Part shown: positions 9,333 through 17,395 of the stretch, piece by piece
Layout of the letters: each line of letters starts with the position of its first letter
Numbering within the stretch: the stretch's first letter is position 1
Origin: Pirellula staleyi DSM 6068
Lineage (GTDB): Bacteria; Planctomycetota; Planctomycetia; Pirellulales; Pirellulaceae
Reading direction: 5' to 3'
DNA length: 32,000 bases
Assembly: GCA_000025185.1 (NCBI GenBank)
Contig: CP001848.1
Span: forward strand, 1,890,001-1,922,000
Translations under genes and position numbers: made by a program
The notes under the pieces: model-generated
Seen by the model: only the letters and a program-made list of their open reading frames with translations
Told to the model about the DNA's origin: nothing
The model's database searches: none

Positions 9333-9598
9333 GGTGAGGTTTTCCCGAGATTTCAGGTGCAAAACAGCAGAGAGGAGACCGTGAAACCAGCCTTGGGTGT
9401 CCCTGGCATTTTACCGGCTCGCCAGAGCGACAGAAACCAGCTGGCGAGCGGCCAGGAATCCTTGCGGAAAGATTACAAATCAGCGCGCATCTGCAGACCG
9501 GCTTTGACAAGGCAATAGCGAAATCGTATTCCCCTTGCTCTCCTGCAGCGGAGGCGTGACGAGCACGTGCGCTGCAGCTATCTACCAAGGATGGAACG

Positions 9599-11266
9599 AT
9601 GCAACTGCTCTCCTCGATTCGACAATGGTCTGGCTTGTTCACGTCTTGCGCGCTGTTCTCTCGTAAGCGTGGAGGTCGACCATCGACGGTTGGAGGTACT
9701 TGCAGCGGACTGCTGTCGCTGGCTTTGCTAGCAGCGGCGAGCAGTGTGGCCTGGACCCAGCAATCCCAGCCGCTCCCAGCATGGGCGCAAACACCGTCGC
9801 GCGATCCCAGTGCGGTGATGCGCTCGCTCGGCTATCCGACAACTCCGCCGGGGCCGGTCGTGATGCCCGGTGCTAGTACATCACCGATTCCCCAGGCCGA
9901 TGGCGTGGCGCAGGCGAGCTTCGAGGGATCGGCAGCTCCGCACGGCAGCAGTGAGTATGGAGTCTCAAGCTACGATGCTTCGCTGGCACCAGCTGGCAGC
10001 GTGCCATCCGTGGAGCAAGAGCTCGCCGAACTTAAAGCGCGTATCGGAACTCTTGAAAAACCGGCTCCCAAGTATCCTTCGCTCCCGGTTCTCTCGGGGG
10101 TATTTCAGGCCGATATTGTGTCGTTCAATCAAGACGATGCGAGCCGCGCTCAACTCGGGGTGATTGAAAATGGTGCCGATTTTCGTCGCGCACGCCTCGG
10201 CGCGAAAGCGGCGATCACCAACAACATGAATGCGTTCATGCAAATGGACTTTGCTTTTCCTGGACGCCCAACTTTCACCGATTTGTGGGTCGAGTGGACT
10301 GATCTGCCGCTCCTCGGGAATGTGAAAGTGGGACAGTGGAAACAGCCGTTCAGTTTGGAGGTGGTGAGCAGCTTTCGTTACACCACGTTCATGGAACGCT
10401 CGCTCTTGTTCATTCCCTTCACACCGTTTCGGCATATGGGTGTCGGATTCTACGACCATAGCGACGACCTGATGAGCACCTGGGCTGCGTCGGTGATTCG
10501 CACAGGACAAGATCAGTATGGAGACTCGCTCAGCACGAGTGGCGGCAATGGACTGGTGAGTCGACTCACACGACTCGCCTGGTACGACGAGGCGAGCGAT
10601 GGTCGCAGCTATTTCCATCTGGGTGGGGCTTACTTTTTGGATGTTCCGCCGCGTCACACCCGACGTTTTCGCACAATCCCCGAAATCTTTGTCGGCGAAC
10701 ATGCTGGTGGCGCTGTCGGCACTGCGGGCGTAGCGTTGCCGGGAGCGATTAACGGAACGCCGTTCTTTGTCGATACCGGTAATATCACCGGCATCGATGC
10801 GGTGCATACGTTTGGTGTCGAAGCGATGCTGGTGAACGGTCCGTTCTCACTGCAGTCGGAAGCGATGGCAGCGGTGGTCGATCAGGAAGCTCAAGACACA
10901 GCGATGCTGGGAGGGATGTACGTGCAAGCTGGTTACTTTTTGACCGGCGAGCATCGTCCCTACGATCGTGCCAACGGCGCGATCGGACAGGTCAAGCCGT
11001 TTGAAGAATTCTTCCGGGTCCGTACCAGCGAAGGGATTGAGCATGGAAAGGGTGCGTGGGAAGTTGCTTGCCGCTGGTCGTACATCGATCTCTCCGATGC
11101 CAACATCAACGGCGGAAGCATGCACGATCTGACTGCGGGGCTCAACTGGTACAGCAACGCGAACTGCAAAGTGGTGGTGAACTATATCCACTCGTGGCTG
11201 ACGAGTGCCAACGGCGTCGAGAGCGAAACTTCGGCCCTCGGTGTTCGAACGCAAGTCGATTTCTAG
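9599..11266 (+). CDS. Outer-membrane beta-barrel porin, phosphate-selective porin O/P (OprO/OprP-like) family
   Basis: 555 aa with AAGGA 7 nt upstream of the ATG. It has a signal-like N-terminus (LLSLALLAAASSVAWTQQ), a short coiled-coil (SVEQELAELKARIGTLEK), FRRARLGAKAAITNNMNAFMQMDF, alternating beta-strand patterns, and a terminal ...ALGVRTQVDF ending in Phe. Confidence 0.7.
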   Translation: MQLLSSIRQWSGLFTSCALFSRKRGGRPSTVGGTCSGLLSLALLAAASSVAWTQQSQPLPAWAQTPSRDPSAVMRSLGYPTTPPGPVVMPGASTSPIPQADGVAQASFEGSAAPHGSSEYGVSSYDASLAPAGSVPSVEQELAELKARIGTLEKPAPKYPSLPVLSGVFQADIVSFNQDDASRAQLGVIENGADFRRARLGAKAAITNNMNAFMQMDFAFPGRPTFTDLWVEWTDLPLLGNVKVGQWKQPFSLEVVSSFRYTTFMERSLLFIPFTPFRHMGVGFYDHSDDLMSTWAASVIRTGQDQYGDSLSTSGGNGLVSRLTRLAWYDEASDGRSYFHLGGAYFLDVPPRHTRRFRTIPEIFVGEHAGGAVGTAGVALPGAINGTPFFVDTGNITGIDAVHTFGVEAMLVNGPFSLQSEAMAAVVDQEAQDTAMLGGMYVQAGYFLTGEHRPYDRANGAIGQVKPFEEFFRVRTSEGIEHGKGAWEVACRWSYIDLSDANINGGSMHDLTAGLNWYSNANCKVVVNYIHSWLTSANGVESETSALGVRTQVDF

Positions 11267-11292
11267 TGCGTGTCGCCTCGATAATGCTTATA

Positions 11293-12927
11293 TCACTCCT
11301 TCGCGCCATGCTTGCGCAGGAGGTCGATCATCGGCTGATCCCCTTGAGCAGTCGCGGCTGAGAGCGGGGTGCTGTTCCATTCTTTATGGCGGGGGCTTGG
11401 ATCGGCCCCTGCTTCGAGCAGCAGTCGGGCGAGTTCGACGTTCCCCGACGAAGCAGCAAACGTGAGTGCTGATTGGCCATCTTCGCGCACGGCATTGACA
11501 TTCGCGCCATGCTCGATGAGCCAGCGAGCCATCTCGACCGTCTTCACTTGCATCAGATGGGTCTCGCCCCAAGTGCTCGGGGTGTTCAGGTCGTAGCCTC
11601 GTCGATAGAGGGCCTCGATCTTCTCGATGTTGTCGTTGCGCACTGCATTCTCGGCATCGCGCAATCGATCGCGGCGCACTTCATCGCTGTGGGTGTAGAT
11701 GAACATCGCCAGCAAGATGATCGCATGGATGATCACTGCGGCGATGATGGAACCGAAAAAGTAGCCCCGAGCATCTTTCAGGAAAGTGGTGGCGAGCTGA
11801 GCTGGATCACCGATGTAGAGCCGATTGGGGGGACCACTTTTACTCGTGGGACGAAGCCCTCGATGTAGTTCGTTGTAGATCCCGATCACACAGACCTTTT
11901 GTCCCGGCAATACCCGTTTTTCGATCAGTCGGGGGCGTTTGCCGAACACAGCAGGGGGCAAGCGATAGCCTTCAGGAGTGAGCTGAGGGGCTGAACCAGC
12001 GCCACCCTCTCCAGAGGCTTCACGTGCAAGCTTCTCCGTCTCGCGGAGTCTGCGGCGCTCTTCGCGCACCCGTTGCTGGTAGGCCTCTAGCGCGCGATCG
12101 AAATCCTCTTCCGAGAGTTTCTCAGCCTCGGCATAAAACTCATCGTCGGGTTCGATCTCTTCGTCGTCATCCTCGCCTGACGCATCATGGTCTGCGCTGG
12201 GGAACAGTTCGTCGAGGGTGCTGCTGGTAAGACGTAGATGTTTGTCGACAAAGCCATCGTCGTCGGTCCAGAGTTCTCCAAACAGCGACACGACAGTGAC
12301 GATACGAAGTCCGGTACGGTCTTCGAACGGTTGCGACTGCAGGAAGAGATAGGCGCGCGAGGCATCATCGAGTCGCGTGGCCTGGTTATCGCTCACTTTG
12401 TCGAGTTGGGGAAAGCCGAGGAGGCGGACTTCCCCTTGCCGCGATTGAATCGACGCGGGAGTCATCATGAAGCCGCAATAGTCGGGGGTCGGTTTTTGCT
12501 TGTGTTTCGACGACTGCTGCTGCTCGAGCTTCGCTTGGCTGAAGAGTTCGTACTCGCAAATAACGCATTGCGTGCCGCTGAAGGGGGCGAGCATCACTTC
12601 GCCGGTCGATTGAATTTCGCCACAAACGGCGACCAGTTTGCCATCGCGAAATTCTTCACCGGCCAAAGCGCGGCGAATGCGACCACCATCTCCCCAGGCC
12701 TTCCAGGCGTTCAGCAGCGAGCCGACGCAGCACCAGGTAGCAAAGCCTGCAACGAGTGCTCCGATAATGCCTCCCGGAGGATCGAACACGGTGTCGAACC
12801 AGCGGTAGTAGGCGTAGGAGACGGCGAGCCAACCGGCGAGACTAAGGAAACATCCAAGCATGGGAACGTGGTGGTGCAAGAGCCAAGGTGCAGAGGAATA
12901 GCGCCGCGTGGTGGAGAGGAGTGCCAC
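11293..12927 (-). CDS. Membrane protein with a GIDE-like central region, an acidic coiled-coil insert and C-terminal ankyrin repeats
   Basis: 544 aa. It starts at GTG 12927, with an alternative ATG at 12861. Two N-terminal TM segments are followed by GKLVAVCGEIQSTGEVMLAPFSGTQCVICEYELF and later EKRVLPGQKVCVIGIY. A third TM is GYFFGSIIAAVIIHAIILLAMFIY. Ankyrin repeats follow (THLMQVKTVEMARWLIEHGANVNAV.., SALTFAASSGNVELARLLLEAGADP, TPLSAATAQGDQPMIDLLRKHGA). Confidence 0.75.
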   Translation of the reverse strand: MALLSTTRRYSSAPWLLHHHVPMLGCFLSLAGWLAVSYAYYRWFDTVFDPPGGIIGALVAGFATWCCVGSLLNAWKAWGDGGRIRRALAGEEFRDGKLVAVCGEIQSTGEVMLAPFSGTQCVICEYELFSQAKLEQQQSSKHKQKPTPDYCGFMMTPASIQSRQGEVRLLGFPQLDKVSDNQATRLDDASRAYLFLQSQPFEDRTGLRIVTVVSLFGELWTDDDGFVDKHLRLTSSTLDELFPSADHDASGEDDDEEIEPDDEFYAEAEKLSEEDFDRALEAYQQRVREERRRLRETEKLAREASGEGGAGSAPQLTPEGYRLPPAVFGKRPRLIEKRVLPGQKVCVIGIYNELHRGLRPTSKSGPPNRLYIGDPAQLATTFLKDARGYFFGSIIAAVIIHAIILLAMFIYTHSDEVRRDRLRDAENAVRNDNIEKIEALYRRGYDLNTPSTWGETHLMQVKTVEMARWLIEHGANVNAVREDGQSALTFAASSGNVELARLLLEAGADPSPRHKEWNSTPLSAATAQGDQPMIDLLRKHGAKE

Positions 12928-13006
12928 TCACGATGGTGTGAAGCGTAGCGCCGAGCGATACGTTACAGCGAGGAGCTTGCACATCGCAAGGATCGAGTGG
13001 TGGCGC

Positions 13007-13043
13007 AAAAAAACACACCAGCTGTTTTGAGGCAGCTGGTGTG
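13007..13043 (-). terminator. Rho-independent terminator downstream of the RRM protein gene
   Basis: On the minus strand there is a perfect 11-bp stem, CACACCAGCTG (13043-13033) pairing with CAGCTGGTGTG (13024-13014), with an 8-nt loop. A T7 run (13013-13007) follows. It lies 45 nt after the stop at 13089. Confidence 0.85.
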
Positions 13044-13088
13044 CGATGGTTTAATAGATTGTGTGGCGATGGTTAGGTCGCCAGCGAA

Positions 13089-13385
13089 TTAACGGCGGCC
13101 GTAGCCACCGCGATCGCCACCACCACCACCACGAGGACGCTCTTCACGAGGACGAGCTTCGTTCACGGTCAATGGACGACCGTTGTGCTGCTTTTCGTGC
13201 AGCGCTTGGATGGCCGAACGGGCAGCGTTGTCGTCTTGCATTTCGACAAAGCCAAAACCCTTGCTGCGGCCGGTTTCACGATCCTGGATAACTTGGGCAC
13301 TGCGAACAGCACCGAACTGCGAAAACAATTCTTCCAAGCTCTGGTTGTTGACATCGTAAGACAGATTGCCAACGTACAACTTCAT
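13089..13385 (-). CDS. RNA-binding protein with a single RRM domain and a Gly/Arg-rich tail
   Basis: 98 aa from the ATG at 13385: MKLYVGNLSYDVNNQSLEELFSQFGAVRSAQVIQDRETGRSKGFGFVEMQ... The RNP2 (LYVGNL) and RNP1 (KGFGFVEM) motifs are intact. The tail is RGGGGGDRGGYGRR. The 82-codon upstream extension in the track ORF looks non-protein-like. Confidence 0.9.
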   Translation of the reverse strand: MKLYVGNLSYDVNNQSLEELFSQFGAVRSAQVIQDRETGRSKGFGFVEMQDDNAARSAIQALHEKQHNGRPLTVNEARPREERPRGGGGGDRGGYGRR

Positions 13386-14042
13386 ACCCACTGTGCAATT
13401 CCTTGAACAAAATACGCGACCTTCGAGTGATTCCGGGTCGAATCGGAAAGCCTGAATGGCGGCCAACCAAGTGGTAAAGGCGAGGAAGTGACAGCGAGAA
13501 CCGAGGACGGGAAAACCGGGACGGCAAACTTGCAGACAGATCTCGTCGACCAACCGACTATGCCGAAGTGTAGCAGTTCCCGCCGGAGAATTGGAAGCAA
13601 TTCTGCGCGTTTCTGCAAAATTATTCACCATAAAACCCTGGTCTAGGTCGTTTGATCCGCACTCCGTGACTGGCGTTTTCTTGACTGAGGAGCGGCCTGT
13701 GGTGCCACTTGCAACCTGCAGTGGGGTCGTTAAGTGTTTTTCTGGTAAGGGTTTATAGAAATTGTTAGGCGTTCTCGAAACGAACTTTTCATTTGGACCG
13801 TGCCGAGTGACTTGCTAGACTTAGGGGAGAAGACGCTGGGGAATGGAAGCGGTGGAAATACTCCGCAGCATGCTTGGACAGCGGCTGAGAGGGGCATTTT
13901 GTGGCCGGACGATGAGTAAATCGGGGTGTCCCTGGGTAAAAGCTGACGGCTCGCGACGCTCAATCGCCGAGGCATCGGCAGGTTTTCGTGCTGTCGACTA
14001 GCGCCCAACGGACGACTTTTGCATGGCCGAATTTCTGTGGAG

Positions 14043-14072
14043 CAGGGAACCATGAACCAGGGAACCATGAAC
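14043..14072 (+). repeat. Perfect 2 x 15-bp tandem duplication spanning the antitoxin start region
   Basis: CAGGGAACCATGAAC (14043-14057) is repeated exactly at 14058-14072. This creates two in-frame ATGs (14052 and 14067), each preceded by AGGGAA. Confidence 0.95.
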
Positions 14073-14303
14073 ACAGCCGCTTCGATTGATATCGATAAGC
14101 TGCCACCAGCCGAGAAGCTCGCGCTGATCGAGCGTCTGTGGGAGTCGCTTGCACGCACACCCAGCGATGTCCCTGTCCCTGCTTGGCATGAACGTGTTTT
14201 AGCAGAGCGGCTGGCCAATCCCGACCCAAAGTCGGCGCTCGATCTTGACGAAGCAATGAGCCAAATCAAGCAGGAATTCGATGCGCGTCGAACTACGGCC
14301 TGA
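14067..14303 (+). CDS. Type II antitoxin, putative addiction-module component (Unstab_antitox / TIGR02574-like)
   Basis: MNTAASIDIDKLPPAEKLALIERLWESLARTPSDVPVPAWHERVLAERL... is the typical L..eEr..L...LW.SL....... pattern of this antitoxin family (recalled). It overlaps the downstream toxin gene by 23 nt. The start could instead be the ATG at 14052. Confidence 0.75.
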   Translation: MNTAASIDIDKLPPAEKLALIERLWESLARTPSDVPVPAWHERVLAERLANPDPKSALDLDEAMSQIKQEFDARRTTA

Positions 14304-14577
14304 GGCTCAGCGCGACGTTGTGGAATTAGCCCTCTTCTACGATCAACAGTCGCAAGGACTCGGCGATTATTTTTTGCGTAGCTTTCATACTGATGCAGCA
14401 AAGCTCTCTTATGAAGCTGGTTCGCACGCACTTCATTTTGGTCTGCATTACAAGTCGTGCAGTCGCTTTCAGGCGTCGATTTACTATCGCATGCGTGACA
14501 ATGTTGTCGAAGTGGTGGCTGTCCTCGACAGTCGGCGCGATCCTGAGGCCTTACGAAATGTGTTAACGAATCGCTAG
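14281..14577 (+). CDS. Type II toxin, RelE/ParE superfamily (ParE-like)
   Basis: 98 aa: MRVELRPEAQRDVVELALFYDQQSQGLGDYFLRSF...IYYRMRDNVVEVVAVLDSRRDP. The size, the N-terminal ..A..D..E...yy pattern and the C-terminal v.v..v.h.rrdp ending fit ParE/RelE. The gene order is antitoxin then toxin, with an overlap. Confidence 0.75.
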   Translation: MRVELRPEAQRDVVELALFYDQQSQGLGDYFLRSFHTDAAKLSYEAGSHALHFGLHYKSCSRFQASIYYRMRDNVVEVVAVLDSRRDPEALRNVLTNR

Positions 14578-14630
14578 GTCGCGCCAAAAAGGTTTGACTA
14601 CTTTGCTCCAGATGCAAACACGAAGTGAAT

Positions 14631-15650
14631 CTACTTCGTCACTGCAGGGGCTTTGAGCTTGGTGATCAAAAAGTTGGTCGGGCTTCCGTAGTCGTTCTTG
14701 GGACCACCGGGATACGCGAGCACACCTTCCACACCGGTCGCTTTGAGCTTCTCGGCGAGTTTGAGACCGTAGATGGCCGAGTGGGTGGGGTCGGCTTCCG
14801 AGGTTCCGACGACGGGTGGCTGTTTTTGATTGGGGTAGTCGAGGTAGATCGGCGCATCGTCTTTGGTGACGAGTTCGATCGGCGAATATTCCTTGATCCA
14901 AGGGAGCACTTTCTCGCGGTTCTCGATTAAGAGATCGAATTCCTCGGGACGTGTGCGACCGGGGGCGGCAAAGCCAAACGCATGTCCACCATAGATGGCG
15001 TTGGGCATCCACTCCCGCAGCTCTTTGGGGTCGAGCGACGTTTGAGCGCCAGAGACAGCGGCGCAGGTGAGTCGCGACGACTCGCGGTCAATCGGATCTT
15101 TGCTGCTGGGATTGGCCAGATTATCGTGCAGTGCCAGCCAGAGCGAAGTGCAGGCCCCGGCGGAACCTCCTGTGGCACCAATGCGCGTGGGATCGATGTT
15201 CCAGTCTTTCGCTTTCGAGCGAATGGTTTGCAAAGCGCGAGCGGCGTCGTGCAAAGGAGCCATGACCGGCGGCTCTATCTTTTGCGCCATCGCTTGTTCG
15301 ATGAAGCGATAGTTCACAGCGGCGACAGAAATTCCGTTCTTGCGATACGCTTCAATCACCGAGGTGCCGTAACTCGATTTGTCGCCGCCACGCCATCCAC
15401 CTCCATGAATTAGCAGCACTACAGGAGTCGGCTGATCGGACTCGGCCTTCCAAAAATCAAAGACCTGACGTTCCGATTGATCGCCATACTTATAGTTGGC
15501 TACGGTGGGCTCGGGTCGTTTCGGAGGAGCCTTTGCTTTGGCTTTGGGCTTCGGTGTTTCCGCTGGCGTTTGGGCCGAGAGTGTGGGGGCAACAGTGGTG
15601 CAAAGTGCGAGCGCGACAAGCATCGCGCGCAGCAGAAATCGTAGGCGCAT
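14631..15650 (-). CDS. Secreted alpha/beta-hydrolase (esterase/lipase, hydrolase fold-3-like)
   Basis: The ATG at 15650 gives the signal peptide MRLRFLLRAMLVALALCTTVAPTLSAQT. The oxyanion-hole motif is LLIHGGGWRGGD. The nucleophile elbow is GATGGSAGA (G-x-S-x-G). The track start at 15665 is a TTG. Confidence 0.8.
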   Translation of the reverse strand: MRLRFLLRAMLVALALCTTVAPTLSAQTPAETPKPKAKAKAPPKRPEPTVANYKYGDQSERQVFDFWKAESDQPTPVVLLIHGGGWRGGDKSSYGTSVIEAYRKNGISVAAVNYRFIEQAMAQKIEPPVMAPLHDAARALQTIRSKAKDWNIDPTRIGATGGSAGACTSLWLALHDNLANPSSKDPIDRESSRLTCAAVSGAQTSLDPKELREWMPNAIYGGHAFGFAAPGRTRPEEFDLLIENREKVLPWIKEYSPIELVTKDDAPIYLDYPNQKQPPVVGTSEADPTHSAIYGLKLAEKLKATGVEGVLAYPGGPKNDYGSPTNFLITKLKAPAVTK

Positions 15651-15790
15651 GACGGAGTATCCCAAGTCGGAGAGTGAGAGCGGCGCTTGAAAGTTGCCTG
15701 ATCTTCGCGCTCGAAATGTGAGCGGTCAAGTCAAATCAGGGGGGCGTCCCTTTTTTATGGGGCGCTAAAAAGATGCTCGAGCCGACGGGA

Positions 15791-17155
15791 TTATTGAAGG
15801 TCCTGCGTCAAGCTGCTCGAAAGGAGGAGGCCATCGATTTCAGCAGCGGCTGTTTGCAGCTCCTGCAGCGACTCGAGATAGGCCAGGTTGGTTTGAACCA
15901 GCGTGCGCTGGGCTGTCAGGAGCGAAAGGAAACTGAACTCCCCTGCCCCGTACCCTGCGCGCGACAAATCGAGCGACTCCGCTGCAGCGGGGAGCAGATC
16001 TTTTTGATAGCGGTCGACCGATTCGCGGGCAGTGCTGTAACGCTCATAGACCCCCGCCAATTGTTGGCTCAATCGCACCTCGAGTTGTTCGAGGGCGTAG
16101 GTCGCGGCTGTGAGTTCGCGCTGCGCAGCGAGAATACCACCCTGATTGCGGTTGTAGATCGGAAGCGGCATCGTCACCTGCACAATGCCGTCGGTTTTGC
16201 CACCGATACCGTTGTCCTGCATCACGACCCCTTGCACATTGAGGTCGCCAATCGGCTCCGCCTCGGCCCGCGCCACGGCCCAGCGAGCACGCTCGATATT
16301 GGCCATCGCTTCCGCCACTTCGGGACTCGTCGATAGCAGGCGTGCTTTGGTTTCTTCGAACGATACAAGCGGAAGGACTTCGTCGGGGCGACCTACGATC
16401 GGACGAGATTCGTCGAGCGGAAGGTTGCAGACAGCGGTGAGCTCGCGCCAAGCAGCAGCGAGTCGATTACGCGCGGCGATCAGCGACAGTTCGGTTTGCT
16501 GCGCTTCGAGTTTGGCTTGCAGGATGTCGACCTTCGCCGCCTCTTTCGCTTCAAAGAGTTGATTGACGGTTTTCAGGGCATCACTCGCCAGTCGCGACAG
16601 ATCATTCGTGCGATTCAGACGCTGCTGAGCGATCAGCACCTCGTAGTACTTCACGCGCACATCGGTCATCACACGCTGCTGCTGTGCGGCGAGTCGCTGC
16701 TGAGCCATCACCCATTCTTGCTGCATCACCGACTGGCTGAGCCGAAGCTTGCCGCCACGAATGATGTCCTGCGTGACCATTAAGCCATGCTGTTCCGCTT
16801 GACCACCACTGCCGAGTTGCGAACCAAGGTAGCCCGCATGAGGATTCGGTTTTAGACCCGCTTGCAGCATCCGTCCACAAGCTGCTTGCACGAGCGCTTC
16901 AGCCCGTGCCACCGAGGGATTGCTGGTGATCGCTTGTTGCTGCAGCAATTCGAGCTCGAGAGGCTCGAGCATCGGCTGGGGGGGAGCGATCGACTCGGGC
17001 TCGATGAAGCGGACAGATGCCGTTCGCGCCCGGAGCTGCGAGGCATGCGGGGTGAACTCGCTCGGCGCTGGTCCCAGCGGTGTTTGTCCCAGCACATCGC
17101 CGCTGGCAATCGCCGCGACGAGCAGTGACCCCGCTATTGAAGTTCGCCAAAGCAT
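15791..17155 (-). CDS. TolC-family outer-membrane efflux/channel protein
   Basis: 454 aa with signal-like MLWRTSIAGSLLVAAIASGDVLGQ. It has two repeated helical halves with the typical OEP pattern (LTLQQAITSNP-like LELLQQQAITSNPSV; ...YLESLQELQTAAAEIDGLL at the C-terminus). Confidence 0.8.
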   Translation of the reverse strand: MLWRTSIAGSLLVAAIASGDVLGQTPLGPAPSEFTPHASQLRARTASVRFIEPESIAPPQPMLEPLELELLQQQAITSNPSVARAEALVQAACGRMLQAGLKPNPHAGYLGSQLGSGGQAEQHGLMVTQDIIRGGKLRLSQSVMQQEWVMAQQRLAAQQQRVMTDVRVKYYEVLIAQQRLNRTNDLSRLASDALKTVNQLFEAKEAAKVDILQAKLEAQQTELSLIAARNRLAAAWRELTAVCNLPLDESRPIVGRPDEVLPLVSFEETKARLLSTSPEVAEAMANIERARWAVARAEAEPIGDLNVQGVVMQDNGIGGKTDGIVQVTMPLPIYNRNQGGILAAQRELTAATYALEQLEVRLSQQLAGVYERYSTARESVDRYQKDLLPAAAESLDLSRAGYGAGEFSFLSLLTAQRTLVQTNLAYLESLQELQTAAAEIDGLLLSSSLTQDLQ

Positions 17156-17395
17156 CGCGCCACGTTCCGATCGCCGAGGAAGAGAAAGACCGATCGCACC
17201 TTTGCTACGGATTGCATCGGCTGATCTGGTTTTCCTGCTCCATCGGCTCGTAGCGGTTTTGCGCTTTGGCGCAGCTGTTTTTCAAGACTTACGTCGCCAG
17301 TCGACTCTTGGTTGGCAAGCTGTAGTGGTTGTTCTGTATGTGCGGCTCCCCTTGGTGGGGCACCGCCGTCAGGCCTTTCCACCTGGGGCAGCGCA

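Noticed and set aside
13730-14617. A 295-aa minus-strand ORF covering the spacer and the whole TA locus.
   Set aside because: The composition is Ser/Arg/Cys/Pro-heavy and not protein-like. It overlaps two plus-strand genes that have recognisable antitoxin and ParE/RelE features.
15725-15760. The G-rich element GGGGGGCGTCCC followed by TTTTTT between the esterase and TolC genes, considered as a terminator.
   Set aside because: The T-run is on the plus strand, where no gene ends. On the minus strand the sequence does not form a stem. The possible stem is only 3-4 bp.
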